Assembly: GCF_039654945.1 (NCBI RefSeq)
Contig: NW_027361878.1
Location: forward strand, 21,204,001 to 21,268,000
Direction of reading: 5' to 3'
Length of the DNA: 64,000 nucleotides
From: Dendrobates tinctorius
Taxonomy: Eukaryota
Shown here: positions 28,341-41,998 of the stretch, one piece after another
How positions within the stretch are numbered: position 1 is the stretch's first letter
How the letters are laid out: every line of letters begins with the position of its first letter
Notes under the pieces: model-generated
Database searches by the model: none
Told to the model about the DNA's origin: nothing
Seen by the model: the letters and a program-made list of their open reading frames with translations, nothing else
Translations under genes and position numbers: made by a program

Positions 28341-31300
28341 AGGGTGTGAACTGAACACTAATAATATGCACTTGTGTGAAGTGAGCATTTAATGCAGTGA
28401 AGTAACACATTAAAGGAGTTTTGGGTTTGAACTTTGTGGGTCACTGCCTCTTCACTGCATATGGTGGTACCGGTGCACTACAGTAGGCACAGACAGAAGT
28501 GTACGTATGTGCATGAACAGTATATGGGCTCTTTGCAGTTCAGTGGCTCCTCATAATGCACATTTCCACCTGCTTTGTAGTGGGAAAGGAACTCCTTAAA
28601 TCTTGGGCCCCTGTAAGACCTCACAGGCTCTTCCAATTATATGTCTGCCCCTGGTGCAGGGATTGAAGTTGCGCCTGGGCCCTGGAGACTAGAGGAGACC
28701 CAAACGTCCCTTTACCCCATAGAAAAAGACTAGTACTATTAAAGACCAGTGATAGTTGGGGATTTTGCATTGGGGCCCACAAGTTCCAAGTTACACCACT
28801 GCCTATCACCCACACAAACTGCAATATTTTTTGCTATCCTTGTCTTATAACAGAGACTTCTATTTGCTATTGATTATATCACTTCCTCATCTTCTCATGG
28901 ACAGCCATAAGCATTTATCAATCTATTGTATTTACCCCGTACACACATTTCTCCTTCCTGGGCTATTGTGAAGGTTGTTGCACTGTTTTGTTCACGAATA
29001 ATGATATTAAAATGGGGTTAAAATGATAATACTATCATGCCTAATTCATAAGAATGGGGCATGCACGTGTATGGTGTGCCAACTAGACAAGTGGTACTAA
29101 TCTCACATCTTCACATCTCCAACCCTATATAGAGCCATGTGCATCAATTCCAAGGTCTTCGCGCACAAACCTATGATAATGGCATCTCCTATATTTGCAT
29201 ATTTGGATTACTTTAGTAACCAGCACAATAAAAGGTATTATTATTAGGTTTCTTTGATTAAAGGGCAATTTTTGTAACAAACCCAAATACATTTATCAAA
29301 AGGCCACTCCACCAGCAGTTTATCATTAGTAGTACTGAGAGGAGGTGATGCTGTACGTCAGCTCCGTAGTGATACAATATCATTCTTAATACCAGTCACT
29401 AATTCATATATTGTTGCTTCTTTTTAAGACGTGACCAGGAAACAAAGATATTGTTGCAAATCCCCGGATTTGGCCTCAATATATGAGCAGATTGTGGTCA
29501 TTTCCTTATGATGTTAACATTTTTAGAGAATTTTGTGGTGGCCTTGTGATACCTAGAAGAGCCATTAGCATTGGCTTAGAATAAGGAGTTGAATCTATAA
29601 TCAATCACCCTCTTACTAGGCGTGCATATAAATAAGTCGTCGTCCACAATAATGTATTGCATATCACCAGGTCTTTCTTTACATGTGAATTTTTTTGTTA
29701 TTTTCTCATTTTCTAGGACCATTTTCAGGTTGTGCAAGCTCTCTATATTCCTCCTGCTCCCTTTTTCTCCCTCCCTCTTTCTCTCCTCCTCCTGCTCCCG
29801 TCTCTCTCTCTCCTCCTCCCTTTCTCTGTGCTTTTGCTGTAATGCATTTCATGAGCGTGCCCTTATATTCAATACAATCTTTATTCACTCCCTTGAGAGG
29901 TTACCCTAAAGGGGGTCAAGCTATAAAGAGCAGTCGCCAATTCTATTGGGGTGCATAAATGGAGGGGGGCTGATTCAGGGGAAGCGATTGGACCAAGGAA
30001 GAAAAGCAATTTCTCTACCGTATAGGAAAATCTTCTCCTGTCTACAAGGGCTTCTGCACTGCGATGTATAAGAGCGGTGAGAAAGATGCCTTTCTATATT
30101 TCCTTCCTCATATCTCTTCATTTCTTTCCATCTGAATGCGTTTTATTGGAAATTTTCTGGTTTGATGCCAGGTTTTAATATTCCTTTACGTACCTGTTCT
30201 TCTGTAAGCCCTGCTATTGCGCTATAAAACTGATTCTTGAAACTACTTTGGAGGTTCAATCTGCAAATGCCCCATAAAACTATTCCTTATCACATACAAT
30301 TATTAAGCATTCCTTGTAGATAGGACGCTTTCTTTTATTTTTATTCTACTGCGCGACACAAGGTCATTAGCTCGTCATGTATATATTTGTTGCCACGCTG
30401 AGAACTTATCTCACGTCACTTGTTATATATCTATGTGCTTGTCCCCTGTCAAGACCATATCTATGGCATTAATTACTTTTGTGGCTTCATGTTTAACTCC
30501 TTGCTTTACATCATCTGATTTCATTCTTCTAGTAAAATTCTGGATTTTTGACTCTTAGTTCCCATTTGCACTACCATGACCATTTCATGCTTCCGCTCCG
30601 GCTGAAGGGAGAACGCCTACCATTTTTTTTGGTTTCCTATCTCCTCCTATTGAACCCTAGAGTCTCACCTGTGAATCTTTTCTACTATCTCGACTTATTT
30701 CACGGCCCATCACAAGATAATGGGAAGATGAACCCTACTTTGACCCATAATGGTGGGGTCTAATTTTCTTTTAAGGGACCAACTCTACACTCTTGGCTTT
30801 GATGTCTCCTCACGTCTGCTTCTGCCGCCTCTCATCTCATTAAGAAGCCTGCAAAGCTTAACAAGTATCAAAACGAGCCCATTTCGCTTTCTTGCCTCTT
30901 CCCCACCTTCTGTTAACACATTAGGAGCTCATGCACTGGTATTCCGGTTCATCTGACAATTGTACACGTTATTACGAAAGAAGTTTAATTAGCCTGAGAC
31001 GTTACTTGGGTTCACAGCGCATAGACAGCACTGTCTGTTCTCACTTCTCCCACCCTCTTTTCTCTATCATTCTCTCCTCGTCAGCCTGTTCGGTTTTTTT
31101 TGTTTTTTTTTTCCATTGTGTGTACGCCTCCAGGCTCTGTTATATCTGCCACATTTCTCAATTCATGGCTGGTGTGTGTGTGATGTTGTGTTCTGTTGTG
31201 AGAAATGAGACGAAAAGGACCAGCCAACTGAAAATAACTAAACTCTGCACACACACTTTTAGTATGAAGCACTTGAACATCCTCGTCTTCAGAAATGGTG

Positions 31301-31558
31301 GTACATTGTATGGCAATATGGCTTGTGTTTAGTTCTTTTAAGTGTTTTGTGCTGTCTATATATGGTTTAGATGCTATGAAACTATACAAAAAAATGCAAA
31401 GTTGCAGCGCTAAGGTCCTGGGTTTAAATCCCACAAAGTATAACATCTGCAAGGAGTTTGTATGGTTCTCCCCAGTATTATGGTATCCTGAGCAGCATAT
31501 TGGGGACATTTTGCACCTACTGTTTCTAGTCAAGGTCTAAGGAGTCACGATGACAGCT

Positions 31559-32150
31559 CAACAGGGTGACTCGATGGTTCCCACTGTTGCTTTGCAGCAC
31601 TGGGGTCCTGGGTTCAAATCCCACCAAGGAAAACATCTGCAAGGACTTTGCATGTTCTCCCCATGTATGCGTGGGTTTGCTCCGGCTACTCTGGTTTCCT
31701 TACACACTCCAAAGACCTGTTGATAAGGTGACGCAGCAGCGATATTGCTAGCGATATTGCTACATGTGACACTTACCTCCGACTGGCTCCCCCACTGGCT
31801 ATCACTGATCGCGCGAGAACGTCCTGGGCCATTTCTCGTCAGCGGCTTCCTCATGGCGCCGACGAGCGACGCATGGACGCGGGCGGAGGACTTCATCATC
31901 GCCGCATCTGACAGGTAAGTAACGACCGCTGCTGCATCGCTGGTGAGATCTGCCTGTTTGGCAGCTCACTAGTGACCATTTAGCGATGCACCAGCGATCC
32001 TGACTGGGTCGTATCGTTGTCAGGATCGCTGGTGCATCGCTAAATGTAACGGGGCCCTTAGATTGCGAGCCCCCAATGGAGACAGTAATGATAATAATCT
32101 ATGAAGTACTGCGGAATATGATGATGCTATATAAGTTAAGCGTAATAAAG
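31559..32150 (+). mobile_element. V-SINE-like element interrupted by a Harbinger-type MITE
   Basis: GGGTTCAAATCCCACCAAGG B-box head, core, tail resuming TTAGATTGCGAGCCCC at 32058; a second SINE head fragment lies at about 31400-31492. Confidence 0.75.
31727..32057. mobile_element. Harbinger-type MITE (left end truncated)
   Basis: Reverse-complement homolog of 61071-61440; ends GCTAAATGTAACGGGGCCC|TTA. Confidence 0.75.
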
Positions 32151-33838
32151 TATAACTGAAAATATTGCATCCCAAGCAGTTTTGGGAACTCCTGCAATAG
32201 TACTTGACACCTGTGGATCATTGCTGTCGCCATTGGAGGCTGTTCACCTTATGTTACAGTAATAGGTTGCATGTAGCAAGAACTTGGCCGAATGAACAAA
32301 TTTAGTTTTTAGCATACATCAAATGTATATGAGTGTCCTCCAATCTTTACCCAATGGATAACTCTATCCATGTTTTCTCGGGGAAGATAAGCCACCACCA
32401 AAGTTGTCTTTGCTATCCAAGGCATATAGGCACCTCTTGGATAAAGAGAGGGATTTTTCCTTGTGTTTCTTTCTTCCATCTTTAGCCTATTAGCATTAGT
32501 TTATCGCCTTCTTTATTAGCACCAGCTATTTCTCAGAAGTCAATGATTTACCAAGAGGTCTGTGTAGTGCTAGACACAACACCACGATTGTGAACAATAT
32601 TATACATGGTAATAGGTTTTAGAGCATGGACTCATTGGTAAAGAGAAGAGTAATTAGCAGATTTAACAATACTCCGACACACTACCTCCTTCACTGTAAA
32701 CATCTTATTATCACTTGAGTAAAGGTTATGTTTCTGCCTTGGTTAAATGGTATCTTTCTTGTTTCCCTTCCATACAGGTATTAAAACATTTCTCAAGACG
32801 TCAGCCCGTCAGAAAGTCGCAACGTTACTGTATGGTTTTTCCTTGGGATTATAAAATGAAAACCTAAGTGGAGTGTACAGTCTTCCTTTCCACGCTCTTC
32901 CAGATATAACTTAGAAAAATTAAATAAGTAATTCATGTTGTCAAGTAGCGATATATTGGGAAGAAAGATCCCTCACGCTCCCCCCTTACTCTGGAGAGAA
33001 AGATCAAACCACCGTTACTTGTCTATGAATACATTCTGGTGAAAAGTCCCTGGGTTTTCTGCCGGTCACACCACACTGCACTTATTATATACATTCAACC
33101 CTGCCCCCTCCGTCTGTGCCCTGCCATGAAGCAGGATCGCTCACTGCAATAAACAGAAGGTATAGAAGGGCTGAAATAAAAGAAAATATTTTTTTAGCTG
33201 GAAAAAAAAAAGAAAGAAAAAAAAGCAAAATGAAGAAATGCTTTAATTCCAGTTTCTGATCTGGACGGTGGAATAAGACCTGTCGAGTGCAGGGGAGAGA
33301 CCTCCTGTGGATTGCACCTTTTATTTTTACCACCCTTTGTTGGATTTACAAATTTCAGGGATGTGAGCAGAAAAAGGCAACTACTGATGAAGACTTGTGA
33401 ATAGCAAAATCCAGATGCCTTCAGTTTTTCACTAAAAGGTAAGGACATGAATGGGATAAGTTGTCTTCCTTTTACATTTTCGTTAGACATCTTCTGTTTC
33501 TAAGGAACATCAGTCCAACATGTATTTATATATACGACACGACAAAGAACAATAACCGCATGGTACTGCGATGGTACGTATATAGTCACTTTGTAAAAAA
33601 ATGGATAAAATTAGGTGAAAGGAAATAAATGCAGTCAAAGAGTTCATACAATTATGTGAGACTAGGCTTCTCTTTATGTACATTGTCGATATTACTTCTT
33701 TGCATACATAGGTGCCGCTAGTGAATTTATTTAATGCAGTATAAAGGAAACACAGCAGTGAAGGAATATAAAAATGTCCCTGATATAAAGACTGTTACTC
33801 TGTATCATAAGTTCATTTACTTATTTTTCACCCTGTTA

Positions 33839-34785
33839 GACTGCATTCACACAATCAGGTTTTTTCGTGGCGGTTTTTACTGCGCGATTTTGCCGCGAAA
33901 ACGCAAAAAAAAGAAAACCGCATCCCATGCAATCCTATGGGATTCCGCAATGCTGTGCTAATGCTGCGGATTTTCCCACGGCGGAATCGCATCATGGAAA
34001 AATATGCAGCATGCTCATTAATTTGCGGAATTGCGGCAATTCCGCCCACATAGGAATGCATTGTTGCGCTTACTTTCCGAATTTGGCTGTGCCCACCATG
34101 CGAAAAGTAAGCAGAACTTTTGCGGATGGTACCCACGGTCCGGAGGAGAGGAGACTGTCCTCCGGGCTCTGGGTACCATATCCCTGTAAAAAATAGAATT
34201 AAAATAAAAAAAATTGGGTTATATTCACCTTCCGGCGTTCCTCACAGCGTCCCCAGGCCTCAGCGATACACGCGGCAGCTCCCGATCCCAGTAATGCCTT
34301 GCGATGACCTTTGCTGACGCCGCGTCTCGCGATACTGTAGCGGTCTTGCGAGACCGCGACATCAATAAAGGTCATTGCCGCAATGCATCACTGGGAACGG
34401 GACCTGCTGGCAGCATCGCGGAGGCCTGGGGACGATGCGCGGGACGTCGGAAGGTGGATAGAACACAATTTTTTAATTTTTTTAATTATTTTTAACATTA
34501 GATCTTTTACTACTGATGCTGCATAGGCAGCCTCAATAGTAAAAAGTTGGTCACACTCATCAAACACTATGTTTAACGAGTGTGACCAACCTGTCAATCA
34601 GTTCTCCAAGCGATGCTAGAGATCGCTTGGAAAACGCTAGCATTCTGCAAGCTAATTACGCGTGCAAATCGCTAGTTTTTCCGCAGGAAAATCGCAGGAA
34701 TTTAAAATGCGATTTTCCCGCGGAATGGAATTCCAGAATTCTCGCTGTAATTTCCGCTGGAGTTCCTCAACATGTGAACCCAGCC
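33839..34785. mobile_element. PIF/Harbinger-type MITE
   Basis: TTA|GACTGCATTCACA ... TGTGAACCCAGCC|TTA; subterminal TGCGGA/CCGCA motifs. Confidence 0.75.
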
Positions 34786-36076
34786 TTAGTGTATGTTCTT
34801 GTTTTCCCCAATTTCCCCGTTCCATTTAAAACACATGTTTAAAGAACATGGCCATTTATTGGTCTGTTCTGCCTCAAACCTCTGCATTTTGAGCTTGTGA
34901 CTTAAGCTGGGTTTTTTCATAGTGCATACACTGACCACAGGTCTTCTGACCTGAACCTATAGCCTCGTAGATACACGTGAGGCTGTAGATTCGAGTCTGG
35001 AGACGGTCATTGCGGCCAGTATGTGGGCTGAAAAATACGCCCGTCTGAACCTGGCTTTACTCTGGGTCTTATCGATGTTCTCCACTACTAATGAAGTCCA
35101 TCTTAATATGTCAAGGGTGGGGTAAAGAAAACAAACAAACTGTACTCATGTCCTGGACCAGCGCTGCTCCTCCAGACTTTGTATTGCATCCTCTGGTGAT
35201 TTCCAGGCATCAACATCCTACAGTAGGAATAACGTGACCGCTAATCGGCGGAAGCATTCACATTCCATCTTAATGGTTTCTAAGATGCTGATGCCAGTAG
35301 ACCGGCAGCGGACATAGTGCAGAGAAACAACGCCGGTCCAGGAGATCGGCACAATTTTTTCTTTACTTACACCACCATTCATTAGCAGTGGATGACACCT
35401 TTTAATGGAAAAATTGGCCTTAGTGTGTGAGTGTGCGTCTGAAATATTGAGATTAGATTGTGAGCTAAGTTGGGGACGAGAACTGATGTATAGGATTAAA
35501 AAAAAAAATCTCGGAAGTGGAACAGCACTGTGGTGTATGTTGGGGCCATATAAGCAACAGGGGACAAAAAAAATTGTAGAATGGTCGGGATTCTTGTACA
35601 TGTTGACTGAAACTTACCTTAGTGTCAGAGGTATTAAAAAAAACAGGAAAAGTGTCAATTCGAATCCGCAGCGTCCAGATGTAACAGCATAGTGGAGGAG
35701 ATTTTATGAAATCCCAGCTCCACCATGTGTTCAAACACGCAGGTGGCAGACCTGCGTATATACACACACATGTGGCACATCTTTATAGACCGCAGCATGT
35801 CTATTTATTTAGACATGTCTATGTATAGGATGCGGTGATTCTGCAAGTGTTCAGTGAACACATGCAGAATCACCGCACATACAAAAGCTGGCAGCACTTT
35901 GGGCGGAGCTGCGTCCAAACCGCTGCCAATATGTTCCGTGGAAACATACCCTTAAAGCTTAGCCTTTAATCATATAGGATAACAAAATCAGGAGACTGTG
36001 CACATATAAAAAAACAAACAAGCAATGCTTACATGTTTCAGGTAGAAAAAAAATCATTAATCATAGCTATGATTAT

Positions 36077-36647
36077 AGTGCGCCTGTCAGCAGGTTTGGC
36101 CGATATAAGATATGGCCCACTACCTTTCAGGGCTTATATATGGCATTCTATAATGCTGTAGATAATCCCCCGATCTGACCTGAAAGATAAGAAAAATAAC
36201 TTTTATTATACTCACCTGTGGGGCGGTCCGGTGCGATGGGTGTCGCAGGTCCGGGTCCAGCGCCTCCCATCTTCTTATGATCGCCGCCCTCCTGCTTGCA
36301 TCGTTGCTCACCGGCATATCACTCCTGCGCAGGCATACTTATCTGCTTGCTGAGGGAAGAGCAAAGTACTGCAGTGCGCAGGGAAAGGTCAGAGAGGCCC
36401 TGCGCACTGCAGTACTTTGTTCTGCCCTCAAGCAGGAGGGCGGCAATCATAAGAAGATGTGAGGTGCCGGACCCGTACCTGTGACACCCATCGGGCCGGA
36501 CCGCCCCTGGGTGAGTATAATAAAACTTATTTTTCTTATCTTTCAGGTTAGATCGGGGGCTTATCTACAGCATTATAGAATGCTATATATAAGCCCTGAA
36601 AGGCGGTGGCTGTATGTTATATTGGCAAACCTGGTGACAGGTTCCCT
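36077..36647. mobile_element. Palindromic Kolobok/T2-type MITE
   Basis: Long inverted arms (CTTTCAGGGCTTATATA...AGCCCTGAAAG; AAGTACTGCAGTGCGCAGGG / CCCTGCGCACTGCAGTACTT); ends TGACAGGTTCCCT|TTAA. Confidence 0.85.
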
Positions 36648-38335
36648 TTAAGGGTTTTTCTACCCCCAAATGTGTTAAGCATTTATTATTTTCAATATGT
36701 GAACATTCTGCCAGTTTTTTTTTAATCCCATATGATTAAAGGCTATGTTTTAACTACTTTCCCTTGGTGCTGGAGAACATTCCCTTTTGGACTATTGAGA
36801 GCCTAGTGCCAGAGGGTAAGGAAAGTTTACCAACTGGCGCTGGAGGATAAGGTCAGGTTTTATATAGTCAGCATATATGGAAAAAAAACACAGATACAAT
36901 TAATATATCAGTCTTTGTCACTTACAGACACAGGAGGTAGAGTATTTGGACATCACAAACAGCTTTATCAGATTACTGAGCAGGTAATAACGGGAGGTGA
37001 CAAATAACCATTTTTACATGTCTCCGATTGTACAGCACTTCATAGAAACGCTTTCCTGCTAATGTCATCTTTGTGTGCAGATGTGATTCTTCATGAACTG
37101 TCACATGAGAGTAGAAGTCCATTAACACAGCAGTCAGAACGGATATCATTTCCCTGACATTTCAGTATTAAGTATGAGAGACATCACTGGTGGATGGAAG
37201 TATAAATGTTACAGCGGGCAGTCAGCTGGGAAAAAAACAACAAGGTAGAAAAAAAGAAGGCTCGAAAATAAACCTGGAGAACTGCAAGGGTCTCCTACCA
37301 GACGGTGCTCACATGAGAACATGCGGGGAGAACATAAAATGTGTCTGAAGCTCCAATTAGCTCATTAATCTTTTGTAAACTAGCCTATGTCCATCTGTCA
37401 GGTGTATACGGGTTAAGGGGAGAGTGCTGCCTTGGGGCAGGAGACATAGATAACCACAGAAGAAGAGGACAAGTTCATGAGGACCTCCGACCTTTCTGGA
37501 GGCATCATGCATTGATCTACAAGGCTCTTTACTTGTAGAAGACAGGCTGCGCTGTGTACAGTCTCTATAAATCGCCCATCCTATAGCATATTGTCCTATT
37601 CTTTCATTGGAGTTGGCTCTCGTCAAGTAGATGGTCAATGTGTGGCTTTTCGACAGATGATGGTAGAAATATAGCTAAAAATAAAAGGCAACTTTTTTTT
37701 AAAAAAAGTACATGTAACACAAAAACAGGATTTAAACAATAGGTCATTTTCTGATGATACGCTCTTTTAAGTGGTTTTACTGGGGTGATTCTACTGTGTT
37801 GGTGACAATGATATCTTAATTACAGGTGGGACATTTCTAGGGGTTTCCAATTAGAAAAGCTTGGCTTTCAAGAAGCCGTGTTTTGCCATAGAAACTGACT
37901 CGAATACAATTATTTTGCACACAGCTGTCAGGATTGTATTTTCATGACACATAAAATAACCTCAAGAAATGCCCTTATAGAAATGCACACATAGGAACGC
38001 GCGTATCTAATGACCCAGTCATTCTGGGATATATAGTTATCACCTTGAATTTCTGTTACATTTCGATGCTATTGGAATAATGCTGTAGAAGTCTCCTGAT
38101 TGCCACATTACATACAGATGTATCACCTTTGATTGTATTTGTAGTGAATTTTGCTCAGGTTTCATTAGCCTTATGTAATGGACCCAGATCGGATTGCTTA
38201 CATTAAATTATAGGACATTTTCTACAGGAAAGATGTATATCTTTGTACCGTGTTAGCCAATAGAAAAATATTCAGAATTGAGAGTCCTCAGTGGTTGATA
38301 CCTTTTAATGGCTAACTGAAAAGATGGTAGCACAT

Positions 38336-38374
38336 TGCAAGCTTTCGAGACTACTCAGGTCTCTTCATTAGGCA
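38336..38374 (-). ncRNA. Mutated hammerhead copy (core CUAAUGA)
   Basis: Reverse complement of 38460-38498 except G5A in the core. Confidence 0.6.
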
Positions 38375-38459
38375 TAGACTAATACAACATTGAAGAATTA
38401 CATATATATGTGCTGTGTTGTGCATATATATGTGATTCTTCAGATTTTGTATTAGTCAA

Positions 38460-38498
38460 TGCCTGATGAAGAGACCTGAGTAGTCTCGAAAGCTTGCA
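38460..38498 (+). ncRNA. Minimal type I hammerhead ribozyme motif
   Basis: TGC-CTGATGA-A-GAGAC(CTGAGTA)GTCTC-GAA-AGCT-T-GCA: canonical CUGAUGA and GAAA, 5-bp stem II, palindromic stem III, 3-bp stem I. Confidence 0.75.
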
Positions 38499-38923
38499 AT
38501 GTGCTACCATCTTTTCAGTTAGCCATTAAAAGGTATCAACCACTGAGGACTCTCAATTCAGGACATTTTCTAGTAACATTTTACAGCTGTGACTTCTTCA
38601 CTGCTCCTACAATGTAGTGAGAATCAGACTTTACCATGTACTGATGACTGGCAGCTGTAACATTGTTCTTTCGCTAAACTTTTCACAAGAAATTGCTTTA
38701 AAAAAAAGACCATACTGCGTTAAAGCACCATGGAAGAGAATTTGGCAATAAATGTAGTTTTTTTTTTAGGACATTTATTGTCTGGTTTAGGAAACGATTT
38801 TCAAATAACCTATTAATATATAGAGATAGTAGAGGGGGAGCCCTATATTTGGTGTCTCATTGAATTACCCGCAGTGTTCTAGAGGACCTTGCACATCCCT
38901 GTATTACATGTCCAGCCCATGAA

Positions 38924-39260
38924 TTTGCAAATACAGCTGTCTGTGGTTGGAAACCTGGCCTTGGTAGTTCCCTTGTCATATCTGTAAACTCATAAAGAGC
39001 TGGATATTGGCTTAAAGGGCCACTTAATATGGTGGTAATGGTGGTTTCCGAGGGGAGCCACTCCTTGGCTGGGTCCTTCCCTGGAGGAAGATCTGGCTAG
39101 TCCCGTGTTTGAGACTCTTAAATGAGGCTCCACGGACTTTATTTGCATATTCGTGTTTCCCGGGGAGCATTGCACCTGGGATTTCACTGGTTGGGTGCCT
39201 TTACCGGCTGCCGCAGTGTTTTCTTTGACTGGTCTCCCTGGGGTCAGTGATTGTTTCGTG
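38924..39260. mobile_element. 337-bp insertion with 16-bp TSD and no poly(A) (retroposed, possibly Penelope-like)
   Basis: Direct repeat ATGTCCAGCCCATGAA at 38908-38923 and 39261-39276. Confidence 0.65.
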
Positions 39261-40084
39261 ATGTCCAGCCCATGAAATTCCCGCCTTGTAATGCCTCATT
39301 TCTCCTGTAGGAGCAGCACCCTTGCAATGTCACTATAGATTACTGCTGATCGCTGACGAGCCCTACAATGATGGACACTGATCATATTGGAGGAACCTGC
39401 TAGCAGAACGCGATTGTGTAAAATGGACAACCGCCTGAAAGGGAGTGTGTTATCAGAAAATAACACGAGAAAAAACAAACTGTCCATAGTCAGCTTATAG
39501 TTATTAAATTCACACCAAATTGCCAAAGGCAAATAAAGATCCTTTATAAAGACCCAAATTAAAACTGAATCTTTAAAATGTTGTGATAGTAAAAAAACGG
39601 AAAAAACTCTTTAAAAACACATGACAAAAGATTAGGATAGTCGGTCATAGATTCATTAAAGTGCTTATGATCATATCATTGGCAGTCTATTGCCAGTAAA
39701 GTACAGTGTCAGGGACAGAGTTGCTCCAATTATATACAGTATGCAACTTGCTAATAACTCCAATAGTAAGCTGTTGATGGTACAGATAAATTTCTATGGC
39801 GACTGCAGTCATTTATGCCAACTGTACAGGATCAACAGGCTCCTTATCTGTGGCTCTGCCGATGCCTCATTAGACAGGCATGCTGCTTATTCACTACCTC
39901 TTCCTTCAGTTATTCACTTATAAGGTGCCTCTATATATGTAGTAGGCTCTGCACCACTGTCTGCCTGTTAACTGACCCTGTTGAGGATCTAGCGCATGCT
40001 GTTAAAAGATAGCAACCATTACCCTCCCCAAGATGTTTCGCCTTGCGGCAGCATCATCACGGGAAAGAGGCTATAGCAGACAGT

Positions 40085-40485
40085 GGTGCAAGGAGTATGG
40101 CTGCATATGGTGTCCCGTGAGGACTCTATATATTGCGTTCTCAGATGTCGTATGTATGGCTGCAATGTGGCACATGGACTACAGTGCAGAATCTATATAT
40201 ATTGCTTTGTTGCATGCCTTAGCTATGGTGGCAAGTGAGGACTCTATATATACTTTGTCGGATGCCATATGTTTGGCTGCATGGTGGCGCATGGACCAGA
40301 GTGCGGACTCTATATTACTTTGTTGGATGCCTTATGCATGGTGGCACATGAGTCCTGTGAGGACTATATATATATACATTGTCGGATGCCGTATGTTTGG
40401 CTGCATGGTGGCACATGGACCAGAGTGCGGACTCTATATTACTTTGTTGGATGCCTTATGCATGGTGGCACATGAGACCTGTGAG

Positions 40486-40537
<52 letters not shown>

Positions 40538-40710
40538 TGTAGGATGCCGTATGTTTGGCTGCATGGTGGCACATGGACCACAGTGCGGACTCTATATTAC
40601 TTTATTGGATGCCTTATGCATGGTGGCACATGAGTCCTGTGAGGACTATATATATACACATTGTCGGATGCCGTATGTTTGGCTGCATGGTGGCACATGG
40701 AGTCCCGTGC

Positions 40711-40760
<50 letters not shown>
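40085..40760. repeat. About 124-bp tandem repeat (dimer of about 62 bp) with expanding (TA)n tracts
   Basis: TGT(C/A)GGATGCC at 40256, 40380, 40538, 40662; (TA)n at about 40489-40534 and 40718-40760. Confidence 0.9.
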
Positions 40761-40763
<3 letters not shown>

Positions 40764-41729
40764 TTTGTCAGTTGCTGTATCTATAGGAGTCTGTTCTCCC
40801 TTAGAAGCAATGGCTTTTAGGAAATATAAGTTTGTACATTCAGCATCCAATGGAACATGCCATGCATGCCTACCTTGTCTTATACATGTGCTTTTCTATG
40901 GGTGTCTGCTGGATCTGTAATAGAGCTGTGTGTACAAGGCCTTATAAGAGTGGAAGAAGAGAATGAAGACAGGGAGGACAGGGTGCATGTGCCCGTCACA
41001 GACCGATACACTTATATATGGACTGCTAACAGCCATCATTCTAGCACCAAGAAGAATTTGCCAGAGAATAGTTGCAAATCAATAAAGGGAGTAAAAAAAA
41101 ATCCGATTTTCTTCCTACTGAGGAATTTTATGTAAATTACGGAGGTGTCCACAATTTGTCAATTATTTTCCAATAACTGTTTTTTTATCAGTCCTGTCTT
41201 ATCTGCTCAGTGACATATCAGCCTTTATTAGTTTCATTCTGGAATTTGAGCATAAATTTGGTTTTATGTGCATTTTGGAGAGAATTCTTTACAAGATATT
41301 TAATCAATGTAGAAGCATATGGTGGTTGTGAAGCATCTGCTCCGAGCTCGGGATATGCATAGATTTAGAGTTGCCTAAGGTATACGCGAGAGGAGGAAAG
41401 TTAGGAGAGATTATGATTTACTAGTGAGACTGTTTTCTTGGGGTGTACTGGAGAATATCAGGATGCATAAATCAAGGAGAGAAATTTTTGTGATGAAGTA
41501 CTTGGCACACAGACTAAACACACATATTAACTACGGAATGACACCCGTCTTTGGGTATTCTGGTCAGCAATATTTTTTCTTGCCCTTATTTCAGTAAAAG
41601 GTTAGAGTGACAACTATTATTAATGTATGACTTTTGCCAGGGCCATCAATATATCAATGAGGCCCGAAACAATTCCTCCCGCTGAATGCCTAAGGCTGGT
41701 TTAATCGCATACAGCATTTTGGAGTCTTT

Positions 41730-41990
41730 TGGGATTTATTATTTATATGTATTTTTATATAGAATTATTACTTATTTATATTTATTTTTAAATGAATTTA
41801 CGATATATTTTATATATGGATTTATTAATTTTTTATGTATATATTTTTATATGGATTTATTTTTTTATATATGGATTTATTATTTATATTTTTAAATGAA
41901 TTTACTTTTCATATATTTTTATATGGATTCACTATATTACTTTGCATGGATTTATTATTCATATTTATATGGATTTATTGCTTATATACT
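41730..41990. repeat. AT-rich degenerate minisatellite (ATATGGATTTATT-like)
   Basis: Repeated (T)GGATTTATT/GAATTTA motifs. Confidence 0.7.
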
Positions 41991-41998
41991 TATACATA

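Larger units (their letters stand above)
38225..38559. mobile_element. Penelope-like inverted pLTR insertion
   Basis: 13-bp TSD AGGACATTTTCTA (38212-38224, 38560-38572); inverted arms 38275-~38410 and ~38424-38559, each with a hammerhead motif; 50-bp unpaired tail. Confidence 0.85.
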
